64,000 nt of DNA from a bacterium (GTDB lineage: Bacteria; Hydrothermota; 32-111). The stretch spans positions 27,757-91,756 of the forward strand of contig JAWOBN010000073.1 in the NCBI GenBank assembly GCA_046484245.1, read 5' to 3'. Made by a program: the position numbers and the translations under genes. Shown here piece after piece: positions 1 to 10,880 of this stretch (within the stretch, counting starts at the first letter, position 1; each line of letters starts with the position of its first letter). The notes under the pieces were generated by a model, which saw nothing but the letters and a program-made list of their open reading frames with translations, was not told the origin of the DNA and ran no database searches.

Positions 1-765
1 GGGGAATCCATTTTTGAACAGACAAATTCCTTATTTGCATCCTATGTCTATCTGGCGGAAAAGCCCATACCTTATGTGTATAAGGACAAGCAGTTTGAGG
101 TAATATCCCGGTCAACAATGAATGATCTTACAGGCAGGGGCATCCAGAGGGATAATATCACTGTTATTGAATGCGGTATTGACCGGACATATGCATATAT
201 GCGCAGGATAAGGAAGTCGGATAAACCGCTCATTGTATATGTGGGAAGATTGAAGAAGTATAAATCCGTACAGCATATAATCAGGGCAATGGAGCATATC
301 AAGATGGAATTGCCGAGGTCAAAACTCATTATCGCAGGCAAGGGTGATTATGAGAGTGAATTAATTTATTTGACACAAAAGCTTGGTCTTGAAAAACATG
401 TTGAATTTGCCGGGTATATTTCAGAGGAGAAGAAGTGGCAATTGCTTAGACAGGCCTGGGTCAGTGTGTATCCGTCATTGATAGAGGGGTGGGGTATTGT
501 CAATATTGAAGCCAATCTTATGAAAACACCTGTTGTCTGTTCCGATGTAGAGGGTCTCAGGGATTCTGTCAAAAACAATTATTCCGGTATGCTCTATGAA
601 TACGGCAATATCGGAGATCTCAGCAGCTCTATACTTGCACTATTGAAGAATGAGGGATTAAGGGCTCAGTATGAGAACAATGCCCTTGAATGGGCGGAAA
701 ATTTCACATGGGAAAATACAGGGAAGCGGACAGAGATACTGATAAACAGTATTGCCGGATATTGA
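1..765 (+). CDS. Glycosyltransferase family 4 (5'-truncated by window edge)
   Basis: Frame is open from base 1; GT-B motifs YVGRLKKYK and EGWGIVNIEA...PVVCSDVEG. Confidence 0.9.
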   Translation, partial: GESIFEQTNSLFASYVYLAEKPIPYVYKDKQFEVISRSTMNDLTGRGIQRDNITVIECGIDRTYAYMRRIRKSDKPLIVYVGRLKKYKSVQHIIRAMEHIKMELPRSKLIIAGKGDYESELIYLTQKLGLEKHVEFAGYISEEKKWQLLRQAWVSVYPSLIEGWGIVNIEANLMKTPVVCSDVEGLRDSVKNNYSGMLYEYGNIGDLSSSILALLKNEGLRAQYENNALEWAENFTWENTGKRTEILINSIAGY

Positions 766-789
766 CATTGATGTTATTCGCATTATAAT
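762..789 (+). promoter_or_regulatory. Sigma70-like promoter, probably giving a leaderless mRNA
   Basis: TTGACA-16 bp-TATAAT, ending 6 nt before ATG 796, with no SD sequence. Confidence 0.75.
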
Positions 790-795
790 TGTTCT

Positions 796-2184
796 ATGAA
801 GAAAATATTTGCAATAAGCGGAATATTTGTGTATGTATTCTTGATTGCACAGTGGACCGGGCCATTCCGTATAGGAGGCTATGCGTCTTCATTTTTCCCG
901 CCTGTTATGCTTAATTCATTTGTTTCCGACAATAATGGCAACAGCTACCTTGTCTGGCATGATAATTCTGCGGATTTCTATTTTAATATATCAATGAAAG
1001 AGTATGACGGCAGTGCTTGGCAGCCGGGCCAGCGCATTGATGATCCGCTCAATGGACAGGGTGATTACGGGCTCTCTTGGATGCCCTCCATTTCCGTTTC
1101 GCCTGACGGCAAATACCTCATAGCATGGGAGGATTACAGGACAGGCAATTTTGAAATACACTCCAAGTACTATAATGGTTTGGATATACCTTCGCAGATA
1201 CAGGTCACAAGCGACTCATCATATTGCTGGTATCCCAAACTGCTCTATGGAGCAGGTGCTCATCATCTTTTCTATATCAGCAATAAGACAGGGTATTTCA
1301 ATATCTATCATTCAATTTTTGATTCCTCCTGGCAGACAGCAAAGCGTATTACTGATATGAATTTCAATATTCTGGATTTTCATTATACCGTCAATGCGGA
1401 TTCGTCCATTGATCTGGTTTTTACAGTTCAGAACGGGAATTATGCCAATCTCTATGGAGTATCCTATGACGGCAGTGTATGGGGCAATGCAGTGCCTCTT
1501 ATTGAAGAGGACTACAATATATATAATCCTGTGATACTCACCGGTGACACAATGAGTATTATCATATTCAAATCAGAGGAAGAGGGTATAAGCAGGATAA
1601 TGGGCATGAAGAATAATGGCTTGACTCCCGGCAATCCTGTTCCCCTGTCCGATAATTACTCCAATGCAATGTATCCTTCAGGATTTACTGCAGACAGCAC
1701 TGTCTATCTCTATTATGTGTCTGATGAGAGTCCCACAGGTATATTTAAAGAGAGACAGTTTAAAGTGTCGGATATGAGCATGATAAGTGATACAGATCTT
1801 CTCAAGGAAAAGGGAGGAGAGATTTACTATCCCCAGTCAACAATCAATTCTTCCGGTGATATTGTCATTGCCTTTATGTGTGCAGATACAATACACTCTA
1901 CAACACCCAATACTGTGTACTATATGAAGTACAGCAATGCCAAGAAGAGTAAAACAACTCAAAAGCCCTATGTTTACAATGAAAGGTCAGGCAAACTGAT
2001 TTTTGACAATGATGATATGTACAATATACGGATTATTTCCAAGACAGGAAGAATCATTATGGAACAATCCGGTATAACGGAAATATTTGAATTAAAAAAA
2101 TATGGTATCAACAGGGATATTTATTTTATGATAATATCAGACAATAAAAACCGATTCACTGAGAAAATACTATGGTTAGATTGA
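796..2184 (+). CDS. Secreted beta-rich protein with a probable T9SS-type C-terminal sorting domain
   Basis: Signal peptide; repeated W-x-D/P motifs; C-terminus IRIISKTGRII...IYFMII...TEKILWLD resembles a CTD. Confidence 0.55.
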   Translation: MKKIFAISGIFVYVFLIAQWTGPFRIGGYASSFFPPVMLNSFVSDNNGNSYLVWHDNSADFYFNISMKEYDGSAWQPGQRIDDPLNGQGDYGLSWMPSISVSPDGKYLIAWEDYRTGNFEIHSKYYNGLDIPSQIQVTSDSSYCWYPKLLYGAGAHHLFYISNKTGYFNIYHSIFDSSWQTAKRITDMNFNILDFHYTVNADSSIDLVFTVQNGNYANLYGVSYDGSVWGNAVPLIEEDYNIYNPVILTGDTMSIIIFKSEEEGISRIMGMKNNGLTPGNPVPLSDNYSNAMYPSGFTADSTVYLYYVSDESPTGIFKERQFKVSDMSMISDTDLLKEKGGEIYYPQSTINSSGDIVIAFMCADTIHSTTPNTVYYMKYSNAKKSKTTQKPYVYNERSGKLIFDNDDMYNIRIISKTGRIIMEQSGITEIFELKKYGINRDIYFMIISDNKNRFTEKILWLD

Positions 2185-5100
2185 TCAAGATATTCATACT
2201 GATATTGATTATATTCACAAGTATTTGGCTTTTGGGTGATTTCCGGCTCTCTGATGAAGACGGCAGTATGACTGTTGTCTATACACCGGGGCCTGATTCA
2301 TCGGGAACAGGCATATTGCTGCCGCCCGGTGATGATTATTCAATTGATGTTAATCCGCAGTATCTCTATAGCAGTATCTCAGGGCGTGACATATGGTTTC
2401 AGGATTATCATATACTGATGCTCCCTGCCTTGAATGAGAGGTATCAGGTTACTGTCAGGTACACAAAGGCATTACCTCAAGGGAGAATCATAAAACCGCA
2501 CAATGAAATAGCAAGGGGCCTTGAACATGCTGTTCTTAACAAGGGGCATATAGATAAATTCATTGAGGGCAGGAAGCCTGTCCCGGTCAATAATGCCAAG
2601 TCATCCGGGGAACCCATTGTTAAATTCACTGTGGATTCCACAGGATACTACAGGATATTCTATTCACAGATTCAAACCCATTCTCCCATTGACCTGCAGA
2701 CAATTGACCCGGATCTGATTCAGTTGTTCTGCAATGGGAATGAAATAGCAATCAATATAACCGGTGACAGCGACTCTGTATTCGGTCCGGGAGATTATAT
2801 TGAATTTGCAGGTCACAGAAAGTACGGGGAAAACACATATTATGACAGGTACAATTTCAACAGGAATATCTACATACTTCATATAAACGGCAATACAGGG
2901 GCAAGGTATATTATTGATAATCAGGCAGTACCGGACAGTCTGGTAAAGGATACAGTAGAGACAGCTATGAAAACACTGCATATTGAAAAGGACAGTATGT
3001 TCTACAGATTGACGACATCAGACGCAGATACCAATGATTTCTGGTATGACAGTTATATTGTTGACCCGCAGGATTATGAGTTTAATGTCTATTTGAAAGA
3101 CAGGTCACAGTTATCGGACATTATTTCCTTCAGCACCCGGCTGCACGGTGTATCCCATCTCGGCATCAATCCGGATCATCCGACGGATATTTATATAAAT
3201 AACTCCCTGATTGCTTCAGTAAACTGGAATGATCAGACACCCTATCTGTATGAGAATGATTCAGTATCAGTATCATCCCCAACACTCACTGTGCGCCTGC
3301 AGGCAAACAGTGTCCCGGGAGATACATCAACAGGTGACTCAACCCTTTTCAATGCAATTCTCTTTGACTGGGCGGAGATATCCTATCTCTCTGAACTGAG
3401 GGCTGAAAACGGCAGATGCATATTCTCCCCTGACAAGGAATACGGATACGGTTATTTCCAGTTCAATATAGGGGGATTCTCATCAGGTGATATTGTTATT
3501 GTAAAGAATAATATGACGATTATAACAGATTATACTGTCTCCTATGATTCACTGAACAATTCCTATACAGTATTATTCAAAGACAGGGTCATGAGCCCCG
3601 GTATTGAGTATTTTGTCTATGAAAATCCGTCAGTGGACACGCCCCTAAAAATAGAGAGTGTGATTGATTCCAATCTCGCAAATGCAGGCAATAGAGGCAA
3701 TACTGTTATTATTGTACCTCAGGGTCTCAAGAGTGAAATGAATGGTATTGACCAGTTGATTGACGGGGATGTCTATATTGCAGGCACCCAGGAGATATAC
3801 AATGAATTCTCACACGGTTTTGTATCCCCTGACGGTATCAGGGATTTCCTGAGAACTGCATATTATAACTGGGAGATACCCCCGATGTTTGTACTGCTTG
3901 CAGGTGATGGTTCAAGGGACTGCAATAATCACAAGGAGATGAGAGAGCATTATATTCCCAATACCTATGTGTATGGCCTGACCGATTTCGGATATGCGCC
4001 TTCGGATAATTATTATGCAAGAATAGTGGGGGATGATGTAATTGAAGATATAGGTGTGTCAAGATTTCCTGCAAGAAACAGTAATGACATAGAAACACTC
4101 AAAGCCAAGATAGTCAATTACTCTGATTCAAGGAATCAGGGGACACATTTTCTGCGCAGCATTATTGCCTATGATACTGTTGATTACATAAGATCCGAAT
4201 ATGATTCCAGAGAACTGGCTGAAATGCTGCCCCATTACCTGTATCGTGAATACATGCATACATTCCAGGACTGGAGCACTGATTTTCTCTATGAACTGGA
4301 TCAGGGCGCCTCTATTGTCAATGTGATGTCTCACGGTGCTGCCCAGATGATAGGTTACGGTATGTTCTTAAGGAAATATGATGTTCTGCGATTGAAGAAT
4401 ATCAACAGAATGCCTTTTTTCACAGTTTATTCATGCAATACAGCTGAATATGATTATATTGACCCGGATTCACTGTCAATAGGAGAAGCTTATATGCTTG
4501 CTCCCCATGGGGGTGCAATAGGGTATTACGGTTCTTCCGGCACTTCAGAAGCAGGCAGGAATGCAGTATTGTCAAAGTCCGTTTTCAAGCAGTTCACCCA
4601 GAGGGATATATTCAATATGAGCAATATTGTGCGCCTCGGTGAACTGGATTACTTCTTCAAATCAAATCAGGATCCCAATGATCCTCATAATTACAGGTCC
4701 AGGGATATTATCAATTATAATCTTTTCGGAATGGGATTCATGGATTTGAGGATTCCACCGATGTCATCTTCTCAACTCCAGATGTCATCCTATGAATTGT
4801 CTCCCGGTGACACACTGACTGTTCAGTACAGTGATTCTGCTGTATATCACGGCAATATGGAATCAATTATAATCAATTCGGATGATTATCCTGTTGTGAA
4901 GAATCATGCGGGGATAATCAATGGTACTGGTGAAAACTCCATGATCATACCTGATTCTGTGGAGACAGGCAATCTCCGGCTCTTTACAATTGCATATAAT
5001 CCCGATACAGCCATTATGTATGAATCCTATCCCTCAATCGGCAATATCGGCATTAAGCTTTTCGGACTTACACCGGAAAGCCCTGATACAAATGAATTAT

Positions 5101-6659
5101 TCAGGGTCTTTGCCCGTGTCAATGATACAGTTATGCTTCAGTCAATGTCAGCTTTTCTCAAGAGGGATTATGAAAGCGTGTATCAGGATTATCCAATGGA
5201 ATATAATACAAATAATGTCAATAATTTCCTCTCAGATGAGATAAATCAATTAGCCCCCAGAGATAATGATTACAGTATATACTACTATGTGTCACTAACT
5301 GATACTGAGGGCAATATCTATACAACAGGCAGAAAGTCCTATTTTGTCAAATCCCTCCCTGACATTATGATTGATACATCGGATATTGAATTACTGTCAG
5401 TCAACAGGGAACCGTTTCTCTCTGCACTTGTTCTCAACTACAAGGAGTATCAGCTGAGCAATGTAAGATTTGATGCATATGCTGCAGATAATGCTGATAC
5501 CTCAATGATCGCTTTTTTATATAAGGATATTGCAGGTCAAAGAGACAGCCTTAATTTCAAAATTGAAGAGAATATCTATATCAATGACTTCCTGGTATTT
5601 GCAGATTCAGACAGTACTGTTCATGAAACGAATGAGGCAAATAATATATTCATGATTGATTCAATGAATCTGCTGATAAAATTGATTGACGGAGCATTGA
5701 GTGATTCATTCTTCGGATTCTACGGTTCCAGCTGGCTTATAGGGGATAAAATGAGTCATCTCGGTTCCTTTATTGCATTTACAACAGACAGCATATTCCC
5801 GGACAGTATTGTCAGCCCGCATGCAGTATCAGGTTATCCGGAACCATTCCAGTATGATGTGTTTAATGGTGATACCCAGGACATTGAGCTTTCAATGTTT
5901 CTGGATAATCCGCCTGATGATGCTTCACTTGTCGGCCTGATGCGGTATAATGAGGCATACGGGGGTTATGAACTCATAAGCAGTAGTGTCAATGATACTC
6001 TCAGTATAATTGCCAAGCCGGGGCATAATAAATACATTCTTGGTGAGCATTCTGATTCCACTGCTCCATCCATCCAGATATTCATTGAAAACAGGGAGTT
6101 CAGTGACAATATCCTGCTCAGCAAGTACTGTGAGCTCTCAGTTGTAATTGAGGATAATGCCAATATTGATACGGAAAGTATTGTACTTCACTTGAATGAT
6201 GATACACTCAAGCAGGATGAATATTCATTGAACTTAAGCAATAATGGCAGGAATGCATCCATCCGCATTAAAAAGGAATTGTCTGACGGTATGTACACCT
6301 TCACAGCACAGGCATCCGACATATATAATAATACATCATCCCAGTCACTTGAATTCAGGGTGGAACAGTCATTTCTCATATCACGGTCAGGCAGTTTTCC
6401 CAATCCGGCATCAGGCAATAATGTGGTTTTTGCATGCAGGTTAACCCGGGAGGCAGCAGATATGGAGATACATATATTCAATTCATCGGGAAGAAGAATT
6501 GACAAGATCTCAATGGGTCCTGTTGATGGACCAATTGTGTCATACAGATATGATGTATCAATGTATCCCAATGGCACATATTACTATTATTTCAAAGCAG
6601 CTGACGGGGATAATAAACAGATCAGGTCAAAAACCGGCAAGATGAGTGTTTTAAGATGA
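2172..6659 (+). CDS. C25 (gingipain-family) cysteine peptidase, PorU-like, with C-terminal FlgD/CTD-like domain
   Basis: IYNEFSHG, VLLAGDGS, SDNYY, VSRFPAR, catalytic SHG and YSCN; C-terminal FPNP...IFNSSGRRI...NGTYYY. Confidence 0.85.
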   Translation: MVRLIKIFILILIIFTSIWLLGDFRLSDEDGSMTVVYTPGPDSSGTGILLPPGDDYSIDVNPQYLYSSISGRDIWFQDYHILMLPALNERYQVTVRYTKALPQGRIIKPHNEIARGLEHAVLNKGHIDKFIEGRKPVPVNNAKSSGEPIVKFTVDSTGYYRIFYSQIQTHSPIDLQTIDPDLIQLFCNGNEIAINITGDSDSVFGPGDYIEFAGHRKYGENTYYDRYNFNRNIYILHINGNTGARYIIDNQAVPDSLVKDTVETAMKTLHIEKDSMFYRLTTSDADTNDFWYDSYIVDPQDYEFNVYLKDRSQLSDIISFSTRLHGVSHLGINPDHPTDIYINNSLIASVNWNDQTPYLYENDSVSVSSPTLTVRLQANSVPGDTSTGDSTLFNAILFDWAEISYLSELRAENGRCIFSPDKEYGYGYFQFNIGGFSSGDIVIVKNNMTIITDYTVSYDSLNNSYTVLFKDRVMSPGIEYFVYENPSVDTPLKIESVIDSNLANAGNRGNTVIIVPQGLKSEMNGIDQLIDGDVYIAGTQEIYNEFSHGFVSPDGIRDFLRTAYYNWEIPPMFVLLAGDGSRDCNNHKEMREHYIPNTYVYGLTDFGYAPSDNYYARIVGDDVIEDIGVSRFPARNSNDIETLKAKIVNYSDSRNQGTHFLRSIIAYDTVDYIRSEYDSRELAEMLPHYLYREYMHTFQDWSTDFLYELDQGASIVNVMSHGAAQMIGYGMFLRKYDVLRLKNINRMPFFTVYSCNTAEYDYIDPDSLSIGEAYMLAPHGGAIGYYGSSGTSEAGRNAVLSKSVFKQFTQRDIFNMSNIVRLGELDYFFKSNQDPNDPHNYRSRDIINYNLFGMGFMDLRIPPMSSSQLQMSSYELSPGDTLTVQYSDSAVYHGNMESIIINSDDYPVVKNHAGIINGTGENSMIIPDSVETGNLRLFTIAYNPDTAIMYESYPSIGNIGIKLFGLTPESPDTNELFRVFARVNDTVMLQSMSAFLKRDYESVYQDYPMEYNTNNVNNFLSDEINQLAPRDNDYSIYYYVSLTDTEGNIYTTGRKSYFVKSLPDIMIDTSDIELLSVNREPFLSALVLNYKEYQLSNVRFDAYAADNADTSMIAFLYKDIAGQRDSLNFKIEENIYINDFLVFADSDSTVHETNEANNIFMIDSMNLLIKLIDGALSDSFFGFYGSSWLIGDKMSHLGSFIAFTTDSIFPDSIVSPHAVSGYPEPFQYDVFNGDTQDIELSMFLDNPPDDASLVGLMRYNEAYGGYELISSSVNDTLSIIAKPGHNKYILGEHSDSTAPSIQIFIENREFSDNILLSKYCELSVVIEDNANIDTESIVLHLNDDTLKQDEYSLNLSNNGRNASIRIKKELSDGMYTFTAQASDIYNNTSSQSLEFRVEQSFLISRSGSFPNPASGNNVVFACRLTREAADMEIHIFNSSGRRIDKISMGPVDGPIVSYRYDVSMYPNGTYYYYFKAADGDNKQIRSKTGKMSVLR

Positions 6660-7633
6660 AGAGAATATTATTGCTCTTATCACTGATTCTCTTTATTACG
6701 GGTCTTTACCCGGATACTGAAGGGATACTGGAAATATATCCCACTTCAGCAGGCATGGCAATGTCAGGCAATACAATAAGCAGTGAATTTGCCGGATACG
6801 GTGTATTCTTCTACAACCCTGCATTGAGACATAAAGATCATTCAATGAGCATATACTATGAGCACAAATTCCTCACAGGGAATCTGTCTCAGTACAATTC
6901 AGCCTTTATTACACTGCCTTCAATCAAGAATATCAATGCACAGATAGGTTATCTAAATCAAATTATAGGGGATATACCTGTCTATCCAGAATTCCCCACA
7001 GATGTGGATTCTGTTGATTTTGACCCTCTGGGGTATTTTTCCGACAATGCCAATATCATTCTTTTCAATATAGGGTATGACCTTGATCCCGGAGAGTACA
7101 GTGTATATGACATTAGTGCAGGATTCAATATCAAATATATCTATCATAGGATTTATGACTATACGGGACAGGGATCTTCTATTGATGCCGGCAGCATAGT
7201 GAGATTGTATCCCGGCCGTTTCACCTCTAAAATAGGAGGTGTGATAAAATGGTCATTAGTTGTGAAAAACCCCGGCGGCCTGTCAGTAAAATGGGACACC
7301 CCGTCAGCAACAGTCAATAGAAGAAACATGAATATTTTTACAGGACTGGGTTATTCCAATGAGATAAGAATGATTGATTCGGAGGTTTACACTGAAGTCA
7401 ATTATTCAACTGCAGAGAATGCTATGCTGGGTATATCAGGCGGTTTGACATTCCGTCAATTCATCAGTGTTTATTCCGGATTGAATATAAGAAAGGATTA
7501 TTCGGATGATTATGCCATATCCGCCCCGGGTGGAGGAATCAGTATAAGCACTATCGGATTTGATGTCTATTATTCTATATCAGGTTCGGATCTGGGAATG
7601 AATCACTCAATCGGAATTGGCTATTCACTATGA
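6656..7633 (+). CDS. PorV/FadL-like outer-membrane beta-barrel
   Basis: Signal peptide; SAGMAMSG...FFYNPA motif; amphipathic strands; ends LGMNHSIGIGYSL; adjacent to the C25 gene. Confidence 0.7.
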   Translation: MKRILLLLSLILFITGLYPDTEGILEIYPTSAGMAMSGNTISSEFAGYGVFFYNPALRHKDHSMSIYYEHKFLTGNLSQYNSAFITLPSIKNINAQIGYLNQIIGDIPVYPEFPTDVDSVDFDPLGYFSDNANIILFNIGYDLDPGEYSVYDISAGFNIKYIYHRIYDYTGQGSSIDAGSIVRLYPGRFTSKIGGVIKWSLVVKNPGGLSVKWDTPSATVNRRNMNIFTGLGYSNEIRMIDSEVYTEVNYSTAENAMLGISGGLTFRQFISVYSGLNIRKDYSDDYAISAPGGGISISTIGFDVYYSISGSDLGMNHSIGIGYSL

Positions 7634-8622
7634 ACAAACAGATGAATGATAAGCTGATAGTGATTGCAGGCAATAATCCCGATGAGGCAAAACCCCTTAT
7701 CAAAAGGATGAAGGAACAGTATATTGACCCCGGTTTTACTGAATTTGATTTCCTGGAAGTTTACGGTGATGATATTGAAATTGAGGAATTGAGCAATACA
7801 CTGTTGTCCATTCCCATGGTATCAAGCAGGAGAATTGCAGTAATACTGAAAGGATTCTCTATTACTGATAGCCAGGCAGCTGATATTACACACACAGTAG
7901 ATGAAATGCCTGAGTGCAATACATTGATAATAAATTATGCTGATGAAGAATCCACATACTCCTCCAATATGAGAGAAGCAGCCGGAATGTTCCCCGATGC
8001 GCGCTTTGTGAAGACATACAGGCAGGACACAGTGGACGAGGGATTTGTGCGCAGAGCAATGAATGCAGAAGGAATAGAACTCTCCAATGACAGTATTGAA
8101 ACCATTATGCATATATCAGACGGTGACCGCATAATAGCTGATAATCTTATCAAGATAGCCTGGATGGTAAACAGCAATGATACATTCAGACGGATTGTGG
8201 ATGATAAGACAACATTTGATTCTGCTCCATTCATGCATTATGATTTCCTCAGCAGTTTTTTCCTCAAAAACCCAAATAGATGCTTTACATTTTACAGAAA
8301 ACTTGTAAAATGGAATGTGCTGGATGAGGACAGGATAGTCATGATGCTTCTTTCCAATATCAAGAAGACCATGACTCTCAAGTTTAATTATGAAACAATA
8401 GATAAGGAAAGTATTGATTTGACAATACCGGTGAAGAACAAGAGTTCCGGGAAATACTCCCAGCTGAGAAGAGAAAAGGAAATCATTCTCAGCAAATGGG
8501 GCATGGATGAACTGCAGCATGCATACTGCAGAATATATGATGTGCTGAGAAAGTTCAGGACAATACCGAAGAAATTTGCAATTCTGAATTTTGAAGAAAC
8601 ATTAATTGATATATTAAATTAG
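7630..8622 (+). CDS. holA: DNA polymerase III delta subunit (divergent)
   Basis: FDFLEVYG...LLSIPMVSSRRIAVILK N-terminal pattern; about 330 aa. Confidence 0.7.
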   Translation: MNKQMNDKLIVIAGNNPDEAKPLIKRMKEQYIDPGFTEFDFLEVYGDDIEIEELSNTLLSIPMVSSRRIAVILKGFSITDSQAADITHTVDEMPECNTLIINYADEESTYSSNMREAAGMFPDARFVKTYRQDTVDEGFVRRAMNAEGIELSNDSIETIMHISDGDRIIADNLIKIAWMVNSNDTFRRIVDDKTTFDSAPFMHYDFLSSFFLKNPNRCFTFYRKLVKWNVLDEDRIVMMLLSNIKKTMTLKFNYETIDKESIDLTIPVKNKSSGKYSQLRREKEIILSKWGMDELQHAYCRIYDVLRKFRTIPKKFAILNFEETLIDILN

Positions 8623-8631
8623 GGGGCAAGT

Positions 8632-9513
8632 ATGGATTTTAAACAATTGATGCAGGAGAAACAGGATATAGAGAATAAAATCCGTAAACTGGAGAATATG
8701 AAGCAGGACATAAAACCTCAGGTTTATGAGAAGATCAAGAGTGATTATAATGACAGACTCAATGACCTTGAGAATAATATCAAACAGAATACTGAAGCGA
8801 TTATGCAGGAGAAAGCCAATATTGAGCATGAGATTGAGGAACTGGACAATTTGTCGGAAGAGCTTGAGACAGAATTGCAGGAGATAAGGGTAAGGATACA
8901 GCTTGGTGAATACAGTGAGGAAGAATATACAGATAAACTGAAAGAGAAAGAAGAAAAACTCAATGACTATAAATTACGCAGGGATCAGCTCACAATCAAG
9001 CTCAATGAATACAGTATGATAATTGAGCAGGAAGGGGTGCCGGATGAAGATAATGAAATTCCCGAGGATGCCTCTGCTGCTATTATGCCGGAAGAAGATA
9101 AAACCGAAGAAACAGAAGAATTGGAAGAGAGTATTCCCGATATTGCAGAGCAGACTGCAGATGAGGATCAGCTTGGAGCAGAGCCGGTCAGTGATGTGGG
9201 CAGTGAGATAAGGGAAGAAGAAGATATAAACGAGGATGAAGAAAATCCCCTCAATGACATACTTCAGCCCGCACTGCAGGAGAATGACAATGAGGATGCT
9301 GATGAGAGTGCGGAATACACTGAAGATGACGATAAGGATGAATCAGAGGGAATTGAACCCATAGACACGGGTCTGGACCAGTTCCTTGAAGAGGAGAATG
9401 AAGGGGATGAAGAAGATAAGACAATGGAGGGCCTGAAGTGTCCAAAATGCGGGCATATCAATGACCCCAACAGTATTACCTGTGAGAAATGCGGAACTGA
9501 TCTTTTCTCTTAA
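8632..9513 (+). CDS. Coiled-coil protein with acidic linker and C-terminal zinc ribbon
   Basis: Heptad-rich N-terminal half; D/E-rich middle; CPKCGHINDPNSITCEKCG. Confidence 0.75.
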   Translation: MDFKQLMQEKQDIENKIRKLENMKQDIKPQVYEKIKSDYNDRLNDLENNIKQNTEAIMQEKANIEHEIEELDNLSEELETELQEIRVRIQLGEYSEEEYTDKLKEKEEKLNDYKLRRDQLTIKLNEYSMIIEQEGVPDEDNEIPEDASAAIMPEEDKTEETEELEESIPDIAEQTADEDQLGAEPVSDVGSEIREEEDINEDEENPLNDILQPALQENDNEDADESAEYTEDDDKDESEGIEPIDTGLDQFLEEENEGDEEDKTMEGLKCPKCGHINDPNSITCEKCGTDLFS

Positions 9514-9518
9514 AATGG

Positions 9519-10880
9519 ATGATATCTAAGAAAGCTTCCTTCTATACATTCAGTATTTACATAAATACTGTTCTGGGCGCATTACAGGGAATTGTAGCAG
9601 CCCGGCTCCTTGATCAGTATTACATGGGGTATTTCTCCCAGATCAAGGTAATCCTCTCATATCTGCTCATGATAAATTTCGGCATAATCAATGGATTGCT
9701 TATTGTTCTTCCCAAAGCAGACAAACAGAAGAGGATGGAGTATGTATCAACTGCATTCTGGCTCAGTCTGGGGCTATATGCAGTCGGTGCAGCCGCATTT
9801 CTGATTGTATTCTTTATCACAGGCGATTATATTCATCTCTATATTGCATTGATATTCCCTATTTACGGAATTAAAGAGGTTCCTGTCTATATAATGAGGG
9901 GCAAGGGGGATTTCCGCAAACTTGCAGTATTGTATATACTGATTTCATCCATCTCTTTTCTATCCATTTCCCTGTTCATATATTTCTTTAAATTCAAGGG
10001 CGCATTGGCAGCACTGGCTTTTAATGTGACTGCCTATCTTGTACTGGGAATTATTACAGGCCGCATTGATATTAAATTTAAGATAATAAAAGACAGGGCT
10101 AAGGAATTACTGAAGAGAGGCATTTACATTTATCTTATTGAATTCTTCAGATTCATCAAACGGTCAATGGAAAAATTTGTAATGATATTCATTATTTCGC
10201 GTGAGGTATATGCAGTATATACTGTCGGAATAGTCATGGTGTCATTCTTTGATATTATGCCTTCCACAATCTTCCAGTATCTGCTCCCTGATTTTATTAG
10301 GGAGAATAAGAAATGGTCACTGGAAAAAATGGGCACTATGATATCATTTGTAACAGCAATTATGACTGTGCTGCTTCTTATCGGAATGTATTTATTCACA
10401 ATACTGGTACCGCTTATTATACCGGGTTATGAGCAGTCACTCAGCATATTCTATCTGCTCACGTTTACATCCCTTATCAATATATGGAATTATATTATTT
10501 ACAATAAATTTGTTTCCGAAAACAAGATAAAATATATGTATATATCCCAGTTTACAGGCCTCTTTGTCCTTCTGGGACTTATAGGACTGGGTTATTTTAT
10601 TTTCAATACTGATTTCTCCAATATTATTATTATTGCAGCACTGATTCTTACTGCCCGCTCATCGTATATTGTATCTCTGGTTTTTCTCTTTATAAAAAAG
10701 ACAAAGATCAATATACTGAGCACCTTTTCCTTTCCCATGACAATAATCAGCATATTGACAATAGTGCTGGCAATATACCTTATATATAATTTCATACATA
10801 TTCTCCCTATTGTAATCATTGCTTATATCATTCTATTTTACAGAAGGTTTTTCAGATGGAAAGAACAGTTGACCTCATAG
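9519..10880 (+). CDS. Wzx-like polysaccharide flippase
   Basis: About 12-14 TM helices; ARLL...MGYFS MOP-family N-terminus; lies in a GT cluster. Confidence 0.75.
   Translation: MISKKASFYTFSIYINTVLGALQGIVAARLLDQYYMGYFSQIKVILSYLLMINFGIINGLLIVLPKADKQKRMEYVSTAFWLSLGLYAVGAAAFLIVFFITGDYIHLYIALIFPIYGIKEVPVYIMRGKGDFRKLAVLYILISSISFLSISLFIYFFKFKGALAALAFNVTAYLVLGIITGRIDIKFKIIKDRAKELLKRGIYIYLIEFFRFIKRSMEKFVMIFIISREVYAVYTVGIVMVSFFDIMPSTIFQYLLPDFIRENKKWSLEKMGTMISFVTAIMTVLLLIGMYLFTILVPLIIPGYEQSLSIFYLLTFTSLINIWNYIIYNKFVSENKIKYMYISQFTGLFVLLGLIGLGYFIFNTDFSNIIIIAALILTARSSYIVSLVFLFIKKTKINILSTFSFPMTIISILTIVLAIYLIYNFIHILPIVIIAYIILFYRRFFRWKEQLTS

Noticed and set aside
9000..9420. GA-rich low-complexity stretch as a tandem repeat
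   Set aside because: Explained by Asp/Glu codons of the acidic linker; no regular period.
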